A stretch of DNA of 64,000 nt, from assembly GCA_040437565.1 (NCBI GenBank), contig JBDOQK010000015.1, forward strand, positions 62,001 through 126,000. Direction: 5' to 3'. A program made the translations under genes and the position numbers. Of the stretch, positions 38,801 to 49,303 are shown piece after piece (position 1 is the first letter of the stretch; the number at the start of each line of letters is the position of its first letter). The DNA comes from Albugo candida (taxonomy: Eukaryota). The notes beneath the pieces were generated by a model. It did no database searches. It saw nothing but the letters and a program-made list of their open reading frames with translations, and was not told the origin of the DNA.

Positions 38801-41800
38801 TAATGTCTCCTTTAGCGAATTGGCATGCAACTTCACGGAACACTCAGTGTAGCCGAACTTTTTTGCAAGCTTACTGCACAATATGAATGATATTTTCATT
38901 TCATCGACCGCGCAATGTGCATGTCCTCGACAGATCTGATAACTGCAGTAGATATGTCGGAGCAATACTTCGCGCATCGATATAGCTTTTCGCGCTTCCA
39001 TTGTTCGAGAGAGCACTGGCGTATCACTTTTGATCGCTGTCAGTTGCTTAGCTGTCTCTGCTAATGACACACAAAGCGCTCCAAAATTTCGAGTTTCGAG
39101 GTAGCGACCGCAATGTGTGATCCCATCGTCGATCGCAAAAAGATCAGTAATGAGGTCTTTCTTCAGCGCTTGATCGTGGTGGAAGTCTGAAAAGTGACGC
39201 AAAGTAATCAATTCCGTCGTATCGTGTCCATTTCCAGCGTTAAAGAGAAGGAATGCGGTCTGACAACTGCTCAACCACTTCATAGCTTCGTCAGATGTCA
39301 AGTGTGCATGCTCAATTGCTGTGTTCCAAATCGTACAAATCGCATTTCTGTATTTCGACTCCGTTCCAATAAAGAAAACCGCTTTTGAGATCGCTTCAAT
39401 ACCGTGCAAGAGGCATTCCTTCATGAAGCACGCAAAGTAGCCATCTTCTTTGCTGCTTGGTATTTTTGAGAAGCCAGATAAGTATAAATCTATACTAGCT
39501 GCAATATCTCGCTCAGCACTTTGCTCTGTTATCTGAGTATCGTATTCCTTCGCAATATTTGACAATGCAGTGCCCGTATAAGAGCAAAACATCAATGTTT
39601 TTAGCGTCACTATACATTTCCAGGTCAGAGTACAGGCAAGACACAAATGCAAATATGCTGATTGTTGCTCGTTTTGTGTACCAATCTCCTTGGACTTTTT
39701 CAAAGAGATGAGCAACCTGCTGGCGCTTTTGTGAGTACAGACACAGCTTTCAATCACCTTTTCAACTGATTTTGTGGAGGCATAGTAAAGTCCACAAATT
39801 GTAATCAGCTCAATTCTGATAGATAAGAGCTCCCCAATCTTATCCTTCAGCTTGAAACACATCCGATCTCTTTCGATTTCCATCAAGCCGCGATTCCATA
39901 TCGCTTTCAATACATCCGTACAAGCTCGTAAGATAATGCCTTGACCATTTAACTGTTCTTCCTTCGATTGTCTCAAAGAGTTGACGATATCGGAATGCGT
40001 ACGGCAAAGTGCCTGAATGAAACAGGGCACGATACTTTGTTTGGTTGAGGAAGACGAGCCGCTCAGACATACATCATTGATATACTTTTGGAGTGATGCT
40101 GTTGCTTCTGTCTCATTTCCACTTTCGATATTTCCAGAAATGATCGTGAGAGTAGACTTGAGATACTGAGAAACGTTCGCCATATAAGAGCTGCCATCAT
40201 TTGCCATTGGCGTACCGTACCGAAGAGCTTCGCGCAGAACTGCGANNNNNNNNNNNNNNNNNNNNNNNNNNNNNNNNNNNNNNNNNNNNNNNNNNNNNNN
40301 NNNNNNNNNNNNNNNNNNNNNNNNNNNNNNNNNNNNNNNNNNNNNCTTTGTTTGGTTGAGGAAGACGAGCCGCTCAGACATACATCATTGATATACTTTT
40401 GGAGTGATGCTGTTGCTTCTGTCTCATTTCCACTTTCGATATTTCCAGAAATGATCGTGAGAGTAGACTTGAGATACTGAGAAACGTTCGCCATATAAGA
40501 GCTGCCATCATTTGCCATTGGCGTACCGTACCGAAGAGCTTCGCGCAGAACTGCGACCGCATCGACAGGATGTCGACAGCTACTGAGTAGCCCTGCGACT
40601 ACATCGAGCTTTAAAGCCTCAAATTCATTTTCATTCGATGATGATACTTTTTTCATGTTAGCATCGACAAAGCTTTTGCCCAATGTGTAGAAAAGTGAGA
40701 GTAATGAAGCGCATCGTTGTTTTTGATTTGTTTTCAGCAGATCCAACGCCGTTCCATACGAGTCTTTAATCATTTGTTTGACTTGGCATAGAATACCTGC
40801 AGAACAATTCCTCATAGTACAATCGGTAAAAGCTGCACCAATTTCTATTGCACTGTTGCGCAAAGTCTCATAGAACACCTCAAGCCCATTCGGAATACGT
40901 TTCAGAATTATCGATACTGCAAATCTGAATAATTGGACTTGCAGTAGAGCCAATTGGCCACAGAATGTCTCGTGCTTGTTTCCTTCAGCGCCATCCAAAG
41001 TTTTGGCAGATAATTTTGCAATTGCGTCAATCCAATAAAGAAGACTAGAGTCACAGAGGTTATCTTAATAAGTGGTAAAGGAGCAGATATGCATGTTGGC
41101 GTACCCTTTACAAATCGCTACTCGATGTTCTTTTTGAATAAACCCATTACTGCTTACTGATACATTGTAAAGCTTCACCCCGGATTTTCGAACGGCCTGA
41201 AGAAGAAACGATTCCGCTGCTTTTGATTGTGTGAGTATATAAAGTGTATCTGCTACTTCAATTGCTGGATAACGAAAGCAATCGAGACAGGTTGCAAGTT
41301 TCTCGGGGTCTCTTATAGCCTGTGCAGGATTCAGTGGTTGTTCATCAAAAGCACCATCCAAAATAGCGCCAGTAATTTCGACTTTGTGCTTGCTGTCTGG
41401 GCGAACATGTAGGTCCACAAAAAAGTCGAATGTAGATGCCGCCAGCATCCACTGAATACACACATTGAAAGCTTGAGACATGCTGGGTGAACGTTTGACC
41501 GAATTCAGTCTTCGCATATAATTGAGCACAATGATTGCATCCAGCGGTCTATTGTTGTTGACGCACATATAGTACATGTGTTGTAGTAGCTGCATTAGGT
41601 CTAAATTGCCCACGCCAATCTAGAATTATATTCTTATAAAGAGATACACAGCCAATGCTGCAGAAGTCGTACTTGATTAAGAGATCGTTCACTCGAGATC
41701 ACATTGATTGCCTCTCTGTAGAAAGTGATGATTTCATCTCCAGAAGCTTTTGAATCATTCTTGTTTGCTTGAGAAGCCTGTCGCTCATACTGCAACCCGA

Positions 41801-42969
41801 CTCGATAGATCTATAATGAAACTTCAGCAATACATCGAATACATCTCACTCTTACCTGCTGAATCACGTAGGATTCGGAATACGCCCCGCAGGATATCAT
41901 AAACAATAACGCCACAAGTCTTATTTCGAGTGTCGTTTTCAAAGCGTTCATTTTGGCCGCACAATTCCATAGAGATCGAAACACTCGATTTTTGAAAGAT
42001 TTGACAACTTTCACATCGGAGCCTGGAATATGTGCCATATGCGTAATCCACGACAAAAAATCCATTTCTGCAACTTTTTTCGCTTGCTATTCGATCATGT
42101 AAGCATACAATGAGGCACGACTGGACCTTGTCGTACCTTTGATAGACCAGAAAAGATGAGGACATTAATGATCAAACTCAAATAGCTAAGCACCAGCTGA
42201 GAATAAGAAAAAGTATGCACATTTGGTCGTGGCTGAGGAGACAATTCCACCGTCGCAAAAGTAGAAATGGAAAAAGTAGAGTCGAAGAGCAAGGTTTTTG
42301 GACTGTCCTGTCCCAGCCTATTCTGAATGGTTTCTGGAAAGATATTTTGCAAAGGCTGGCTTGCTTCAGCATGCCATAGCCATAGCCTGATGTGTAACAC
42401 GTATAGCAGTCGTGTCAATGTGTTATTGCACTGAAATAAAAAATTGATCAGGTCATAATTTGTACGTTCGGGTAGATGGAAGAAACCTTTGCTCGTTCAA
42501 AGCACACTTTATTGACTTGATAAAGCATTTTTTCGATAATGAGATCTTTGAGGTTCAATTTGTCTTCACATTGAATCAGTAGAAATAGCCCAATGCAAAC
42601 CGCACTAATCAACTGATTGAAATATTCGATCGAATTGTCGTTCGCTAAGCTTTCGCCGTGCATTTGCAGAAGTTGTTGGGCGACTTTGGCACTAAAAACA
42701 GCATCTTGAACCATATTTTGAGTTTTTTCGGACGTGTGGTGTGAAACACGAAGTACATTGGGCATGTAGATATCCTCCAAGACGTGACAACATAGTTTAT
42801 TCAGCTTGTACTTGACCAATTGCCTTGATTCCTTGCAATTTGGCCCTCTATTGAGTCGCTTTGCGTCTTTTATTTCAATATGAGGTCTCACTTGTGCTAC
42901 AAACGCTTCAAATGCAAAAGTAATAGTCTCTTTGCTTTGGAATTGTTGGAGCAATTGTTGCTCTTCCAT
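35823..42969 (-). CDS. ESP1: Separase (peptidase C50); multi-exon
   Basis: C-terminal catalytic motifs LVYCGHGAGEKY and LLFGCSSG, plus LWDVTDKDVDK, FPWE, VSRMPSL, YILNPGGDL. Long helical N-terminal exons. SAP-like insert LRKMKVTELRSLSRRLGIECSGVKSDLIDRL. Confidence 0.92.
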
Positions 42970-43415
42970 TCAGTCATAAATGGCGCCAATTGGCTTGAAC
43001 AAACTTACAGCATCACATTTGTTAGGAGCGACAAAATAAGCAGGATGAAGTCTTTAGGTTAGAAGAAAAAAGGTAGCACCGTCCATCCTAGATTGGGATG
43101 TAGAAATAAGAGACGAATGTAGCTTGACTCTAGTAGCATTGTCGCGCTCACGATTAAGAATTAATCGGCAGTTCATTTTACAGAGCAGAGAGGGACAAAC
43201 GTGAAGAAGACGACAGCTCTATTTATAAAGAAGGTAGAAGAACAACTCCTACACAATTTAACTTTGTTGCATGACTCTAGGCATCACGCAGAAGAATTTC
43301 TTTCCTGCTTTGTTGCGATAATGTTCGATACATTACGTGCGAATATCGAGCCAGATACTGACTCGCTTTGATTGGATAAATCTTTCTGTGGCTGAAATCG
43401 ATTCTTCTGAAATCG

Positions 43416-46400
43416 ATGGACACTTGTCACTCGAATGCTCGGGCACTTCCTGAGCGTATTTCATTTCCTGATGAAGAAACAAAGATATTAGCCTACTGGG
43501 ACAAGATTGATGCATTCAAAAAATCTTTACAATTGTCGAAAAATCGAAAACCTTTTACGTTTTTTGATGGTCCGCCGTTCGCAACAGGATTACCTCATCA
43601 TGGACACATTCTTGCTGGAACTATCAAAGACACAGTCACCCGTTTTGCACATCAAACTGGACATCACGTGGAGCGAAGATTTGGATGGGATTGTCATGGT
43701 CTTCCTGTCGAATCGGAAATCAATAAGAAGCTCAATATCAAAACAAAAGAGCAAGTTCTTGAAATGGGTATCGATAAATATAACAATGAATGTCGGGGAA
43801 TTGTGACCCGCTACACAAAAGAATGGGAAATTACTGTGAAGCGTATTGGGCGGTGGATCGATTGTGAAAACGATTACAAAACGATGGAACCGTGGTACAT
43901 GGAATCGGTTTGGAATGTCTTCCAGAAGATCTTTGAAAAGAACCTTGTCTATCGCGGATATAAAATTCTTCCATACTCGACAACGATCAACACCTCTTTA
44001 TCGAACTTTGAGGCGAATTTGGATTATAGAGATACATCCGATCCGTCTGTGGTTGTAAACTTTCCTCTCAGAGAAGATCCGAGTGTTGCCTTTGTGGCCT
44101 GGACCACAACTCCATGGACCCTTCCTTCTAATCTCGCATTATGTGTCAACGTAGATTTTGTCTATGTAAAAATCAAGGATGTCAAGTCTGGAAAGCAGTA
44201 TATTCTTTGTGAGTCACGATTGTGTCAATTGTATCCAAAAATGCTGAAAAAAGGGTACAATGGTGGAGAATACGAAATCCTCGAAAAGTTCAAAGGAAGT
44301 GTATTGGTGGGCAAGAAATACATTCCGCTTTTTGATTGTTTTGCCGAGTGGGATCGCGCCTTCGTAGTGGTGTCGGATTCCTATGTAACTGATACAAATG
44401 GTACAGGTATTGTGCATCAATCTCCGACATTTGGTGAAGACGATTATCGCGTTTGTGTGAAGAATAACATCACAGACAAGTTCACATTGCCCGATCCTCT
44501 GGACGACAATGGCATATTCACCGATGTTGTACCGCTGGTAAAAGGCCTTTTTCTAAAGGACGCGGATGATGTCATTTGTAAGGATTTGAAGGCCCGAGAC
44601 CGCCTAGTGTCGAAAGGAACAATCGTGCACAGCTATCCCTTCTGCTATCGTTCTGGGACTCCATTGATATACCGAGCCGTACCAGGTTGGTTTGTGAATG
44701 TGGAAGCCATTCGTGATCGCATTGTGGAAAATAATAGGAAAACGTATTGGGTCCCGGCTTTTGTCAAAGAAAAACGATTCCACAATTGGCTTGTTGATGG
44801 AAAAGACTGGAATGTCTCACGAGGACGTTTCTGGGGAACGCCACTACCCCTTTGGGTCAGTGAAGATTACGAGGAGGTTGTGTGCGTAGGCTCTATTTCC
44901 GAGCTTGAAGAATTATCGGGTGAAAAAGTCGAAGATCTGCATCGCGAATATATCGACCATATAACGATACCATCACGCCAAGGGAATGGAGTTTTGCGCA
45001 GAGTACCAGAAGTCTTTGATTGCTGGTTTGAAAGTGGATCGATGCCGTACGCCCAGCTACACTATCCATTTGAAAACCAAGACAAGTTCGAAGCTGGATT
45101 TCCGGCAGATTTTATCGCGGAAGGTCTTGATCAAACTCGTGGATGGTTTTATACGCTTATGGTTATATCTACAGCCTTATTCGATAAGCCAGCATTCAAG
45201 AATCTCATTGTCAATGGCTTGGTGCTGGCTGAAGATGGGAGAAAAATGAGCAAATCACTTCGAAACTTTACCGACCCAACGGCTTTGATCGAACAATACG
45301 GTGCAGATGCCCTACGCTTGTACTTGATCAATTCTCCGGTAGTGCGTGCCGAGCCGCTCAAGTTTCAAGAAGCTGGAGTCAAAGGTGTCATCCGAGATCT
45401 TTTCTTACCGTGGTACAATGCTGCTCGATTTTTTGCACAAAATGCGATGCGTTTGGAAAAAGTTACAAATAAGGTGTTTACCCCGACAAGAGAAGAAGCA
45501 TTCCAATCTGATAATGTCATGGATTCCTGGATCATTGCTGCATTACACAACCTCATCAAATTCGTGCGGGACGAAATGGCTGCTTTCCGTCTGTATACTG
45601 TCGTTCCCCGTCTCGTGGAGTTCATCGATCAGCTGACGAAATGGTATGTTCGATTGAATCGCCCTCGTCTTAAGGGTACCACAGGCAGTAAAGAAGCACA
45701 AACAGCGCTGTCGGCACTCTATGAGGTTCTCTACGCTTTGTCAAAGCTGATGGCTCCATTCACCCCGTTTCTTGCCGAGTTTATGTACCAATTTTTAAAA
45801 AAATATCATCCGATGAGTAGCAGCACCAATCTTCCTGAAGATGCTGAAGGTGTAGCTTCCAGTGTCCACTTTCTGATGATCCCGGAATACGATCCGTCTC
45901 GTTTGGATAAGGAGGTCGAAAGACGAATGAAAATGCTTCAATCTGTGATTGAAATGGGTCGAGTTGCTCGTGAACGACGCACGATCCCACTTAAGACTCC
46001 TCTCCGCACATTCATTGTCGTTTGTGGCGATACGACCGCATTGAAATATTTGGAAAGCCTCAAAGCTTACATTTTCGATGAACTCAATATGCGTGATTTA
46101 AAGTTTACCGACAAAGAGAGGGAATGGTGCGACTTGAAAGCAGAGGCCAATAGCAAAGCTTTAGGAAAAAAAATGGGTAAGGATTTCGGACGATATCGAT
46201 CAGTGATCAAAGACCTCAAGCAAGAAGACTGCAAAAAGTATTTGGCTGAGAAAAGTATCGTTCTGGGAGAGTACGAGCTCGTGGAAGGGGATCTCATTAT
46301 CAAACAAGAGTTTGTCGGTGATAAAGATATCTACGAGGCAGTGGTATCATCCGAAGGCGATCTCACTGTCGTTTTGGACTGTCGAGAAGATGAAGATCTC

Positions 46401-46943
46401 AAATCCCAAGGCTACGCCCGAGAGTTTATCACAAGGGTGCAAAAGCTGCGCAAACAGGCAGGTCTGGATCTTCAAGACGGTATCCATGTCTATTTCCAAG
46501 AGAATGGCGAGTCGTCTAGTATCACAGATGCCATCAAAGCCTTTTATTCAATGATTGTGGGGACTTTGAAGACATTTCCAGCACCGATGTCAATGATGCC
46601 CACACAGGCAGTCACCATCATCTCTGAAACAGTCAAGTACGCAGGCTCCGAGCTACTCCTTCACGTGATACGTCCGGCAGTTTTGCTTTCTCCTGACGAA
46701 ACACTTGCTTCAGCCGAATGTGTTCCAGCGGCTTGGGTCAGAGCGTACATCGACAGTATGGTATACGAACACGTTGAGGCCACTTTACGTGAGAGTGGAA
46801 ATATCACGATTTGCATCAAAGGCCAAACCATCGCATTGCAACACCACGAGCATTTATTTCTTAATGCTGCAGAGTACGCGCGTGTCCACTTGAAAGACGA
46901 TGTAGAGTACAATTGGCTGACGCAGTCGACATTACAAAATTGA
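43416..46943 (+). CDS. IARS: Isoleucyl-tRNA synthetase, cytosolic type; intronless
   Basis: FFDGPPFATGLPHHGH (HIGH-type), GWDCHGLP, WTTTPWTLPSN, EGLDQTRGWFY, KMSKS. Confidence 0.97.
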   Translation: MDTCHSNARALPERISFPDEETKILAYWDKIDAFKKSLQLSKNRKPFTFFDGPPFATGLPHHGHILAGTIKDTVTRFAHQTGHHVERRFGWDCHGLPVESEINKKLNIKTKEQVLEMGIDKYNNECRGIVTRYTKEWEITVKRIGRWIDCENDYKTMEPWYMESVWNVFQKIFEKNLVYRGYKILPYSTTINTSLSNFEANLDYRDTSDPSVVVNFPLREDPSVAFVAWTTTPWTLPSNLALCVNVDFVYVKIKDVKSGKQYILCESRLCQLYPKMLKKGYNGGEYEILEKFKGSVLVGKKYIPLFDCFAEWDRAFVVVSDSYVTDTNGTGIVHQSPTFGEDDYRVCVKNNITDKFTLPDPLDDNGIFTDVVPLVKGLFLKDADDVICKDLKARDRLVSKGTIVHSYPFCYRSGTPLIYRAVPGWFVNVEAIRDRIVENNRKTYWVPAFVKEKRFHNWLVDGKDWNVSRGRFWGTPLPLWVSEDYEEVVCVGSISELEELSGEKVEDLHREYIDHITIPSRQGNGVLRRVPEVFDCWFESGSMPYAQLHYPFENQDKFEAGFPADFIAEGLDQTRGWFYTLMVISTALFDKPAFKNLIVNGLVLAEDGRKMSKSLRNFTDPTALIEQYGADALRLYLINSPVVRAEPLKFQEAGVKGVIRDLFLPWYNAARFFAQNAMRLEKVTNKVFTPTREEAFQSDNVMDSWIIAALHNLIKFVRDEMAAFRLYTVVPRLVEFIDQLTKWYVRLNRPRLKGTTGSKEAQTALSALYEVLYALSKLMAPFTPFLAEFMYQFLKKYHPMSSSTNLPEDAEGVASSVHFLMIPEYDPSRLDKEVERRMKMLQSVIEMGRVARERRTIPLKTPLRTFIVVCGDTTALKYLESLKAYIFDELNMRDLKFTDKEREWCDLKAEANSKALGKKMGKDFGRYRSVIKDLKQEDCKKYLAEKSIVLGEYELVEGDLIIKQEFVGDKDIYEAVVSSEGDLTVVLDCREDEDLKSQGYAREFITRVQKLRKQAGLDLQDGIHVYFQENGESSSITDAIKAFYSMIVGTLKTFPAPMSMMPTQAVTIISETVKYAGSELLLHVIRPAVLLSPDETLASAECVPAAWVRAYIDSMVYEHVEATLRESGNITICIKGQTIALQHHEHLFLNAAEYARVHLKDDVEYNWLTQSTLQN

Positions 46944-46989
46944 ATGCTTATTGATTACGGTTAATATAATCGTAAGTGATCCAAAGCTT

Positions 46990-47814
46990 TCAGCTTCCAT
47001 AGCGCTGTAAAAGCCAATCGTATGTCACCAGCACGATTCCAAATTGTGGAGCAATACGACCGACGCGGGGTCCCCATCCGGCGAACAGCTGTCGAACGCC
47101 ACCTTCCGCGTGAAGTTGACGCACGGTTTTGAGAAAACCGCCTTCGCTACCTGACGATTGCATTCGAGTCTTGATCACATCCACCGGAGTTGAGATAAAG
47201 GCTGCGGGCACTCCCGCAATACTGGCTGCAAAAATCGATGAAACCATCGACTGTCGCTGCTCACTCGATAATTGCCTTTTTGCCAAATCATATAAACAAA
47301 AATACGAAACAGCAAATGTTACGTCGCGACAAAAACATGCGGAATAACCACGATATAATCCTCGAATGGGAACCTGTCGTAAGATCTTTACCGCTTCTGA
47401 TTTACTATCCAACTGCATGCGCACTTTAACAATCTCTACGGGATTCATGACGACAGATTGTGTCATTCCTGAAATCGCTGCTGATGAGAAAGAAGCAAGA
47501 AAAGTATCAGGATCCTGAAATCTCCCTTTTACAAACTCTCTTGTTGCCAGTGAGACAGCTTTATCTGGGATCGTTCCACAGAGTTGAGGACCGAGTCCCT
47601 TATACAGAGACGAAACCCCTTCCTTCGATGCAACATCTTTGAATAACTGAAGCGCTGATTTACTAGACGAAGTGTACTGCATCCGTGTTTTAATAACATC
47701 CACTGGGTACACTGCAGTGATTCCACCCATTCCTGCTGCTGCCGCAATCCACATCGTATTCAGGACGCTGTACTGAGGACTAAGCATAGCGAATACGGTC
47801 AATAACACCAGCAT
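46990..47814 (-). CDS. Mitochondrial carrier (SLC25), resembling the aspartate/glutamate carrier domain without EF-hands
   Basis: Three PxD/ExxKxRxQ repeats (YPVDVIKTRMQ, NPVEIVKVRMQ, TPVDVIKTRMQ); RDVTF and APQFGIVLVTYD. Start codon uncertain. Confidence 0.88.
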   Translation of the reverse strand: MLVLLTVFAMLSPQYSVLNTMWIAAAAGMGGITAVYPVDVIKTRMQYTSSSKSALQLFKDVASKEGVSSLYKGLGPQLCGTIPDKAVSLATREFVKGRFQDPDTFLASFSSAAISGMTQSVVMNPVEIVKVRMQLDSKSEAVKILRQVPIRGLYRGYSACFCRDVTFAVSYFCLYDLAKRQLSSEQRQSMVSSIFAASIAGVPAAFISTPVDVIKTRMQSSGSEGGFLKTVRQLHAEGGVRQLFAGWGPRVGRIAPQFGIVLVTYDWLLQRYGS

Positions 47815-48182
47815 GGACAAATTGACGGTGTACCTTGCGCTCTGCGGTACGTTTGTGGTGAGATTGTCAACAACATTGGACGATGTGCTAGCGGGAAGTT
47901 TAAAATGAGTTGTTTCGAATCAAATTTCATTATCACTCACTTACAAGATGGAGCTGTTGGATGTCTTGGACAGCATTGTACTGTGAAAGGAGACTTGTGG
48001 AATGTTTAATCAAACAGAAAACTCGAAATGACGTCATAAGATTGTGATAACGCAAGTACATCGATTTAATTCCATTGTTGATTGGCTTTAAAAGTTTTAT
48101 CACAGCATTGATACCCAATCACATCCTACATACACTATCTCGATAAATTAATTATCGCAGTTAAGTCAGATAAGATACTTTT

Positions 48183-49280
48183 ATGTCAATGATCCTCCGC
48201 GTCTTCATTCTACTAACACTTTATCCGTTGAAAGCGCTAACAGATGCAATTAAGAAGAGCGAAATTGGACAACTAGGGAAGGATTGGAAGATACGTATCG
48301 TAATGACTAACACTGTGGATGCAACGACATGTGCCAATACGATTTATGATGCGTTTAAATTGGCGTCCAATCCACACAGAATTTATCTGAATATTCATGA
48401 TGAAGTGCACCGACAGAAAGTAAATCGCTGCATACAGTTTTTTTGTCGAATGTATCGCACTGAGTGTCATTCGCTTCTTCGATCAAAGCGAATATCGGCG
48501 ACATTTCGATATCTCAGTGGAGCATTGGGACATACGGCCAGAAGACATGTGGCCGAAGCCCGATTATCGACATCGCCGGAGAAAAATAACTTTGTCTTGT
48601 CAGTGGATTCAAATATTGTATTCAGTAAACACTGGGACGCCGTTCTTTTGAAAAATTGGCTTTTGACAGGGAACGATATGGCCATTTTAAGTGTCGCACC
48701 CAAAGCAGTTGAATTGCGCGAGGTGCTGCATTCGAAATCACTATTACACTGTTCGGCTCATATTGAAACACCATACTCGTTAGCAGTGGTTGAGTACAAT
48801 TCGCCGATTTTGAGACGAAATGCAAATCCGTCAAAGTTTCCCGTCTTGCAGTCACAGTACTCTGAGAAATTTTTCTTTGCGCCACTATCTGCGATTTTGA
48901 ACGTTCCGTCTGATCCGTATATTGGTCACGCTTCAGCAGGGTACGAGTTCGCTCGCGCATCGAGATTTTGGACAAGTGGTTTTGATTTTTATACGCCGAC
49001 AGAAGATATTCTGTTTGCCCGATACAATGCGCACAATCTAAAAGTGTCGAGGTCTTCGAGGTCGCTGACCGAAAGCTCCTATCGACGTATTCGACAACTA
49101 CATGGTATATGGAGCGGACCTTTTCTGGAATCATCAAGATACTGGCTAGGAAAAAAGAGGTCTATAAGGCTGTGGTACCAATTTGCGAGAATCGACCCCA
49201 ATGCAAGTTATGATGAATCCACGAAGAATCAGTTTGTATGTTGCGATGAGGATCTGAAATACGTTCACTACAAAGAATGA
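48183..49280 (+). CDS. Secreted/Golgi GT60 (Skp1-type GlcNAc-transferase, Pfam GlcNAc)-like protein with divergent active-site motifs
   Basis: Hydrophobic N-terminus; CANTIYDAFKLASNPHRI, GHTARRH, LSVDSNIVFSKHWD, NDMAILSVAP, VPSDPY, RFWTSGFDFYTP, LGKKRS follow the family layout as I recall it. Confidence 0.72.
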   Translation: MSMILRVFILLTLYPLKALTDAIKKSEIGQLGKDWKIRIVMTNTVDATTCANTIYDAFKLASNPHRIYLNIHDEVHRQKVNRCIQFFCRMYRTECHSLLRSKRISATFRYLSGALGHTARRHVAEARLSTSPEKNNFVLSVDSNIVFSKHWDAVLLKNWLLTGNDMAILSVAPKAVELREVLHSKSLLHCSAHIETPYSLAVVEYNSPILRRNANPSKFPVLQSQYSEKFFFAPLSAILNVPSDPYIGHASAGYEFARASRFWTSGFDFYTPTEDILFARYNAHNLKVSRSSRSLTESSYRRIRQLHGIWSGPFLESSRYWLGKKRSIRLWYQFARIDPNASYDESTKNQFVCCDEDLKYVHYKE

Positions 49281-49303
49281 AAGAAGGATCAAGTACATTT
49301 GGC

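Noticed and set aside
30270-42969. CSN5-NBS1-separase as a functional genome-stability cluster
   Set aside because: Adjacent housekeeping genes in a compact eukaryotic genome, with no evidence of co-regulation from the sequence alone.
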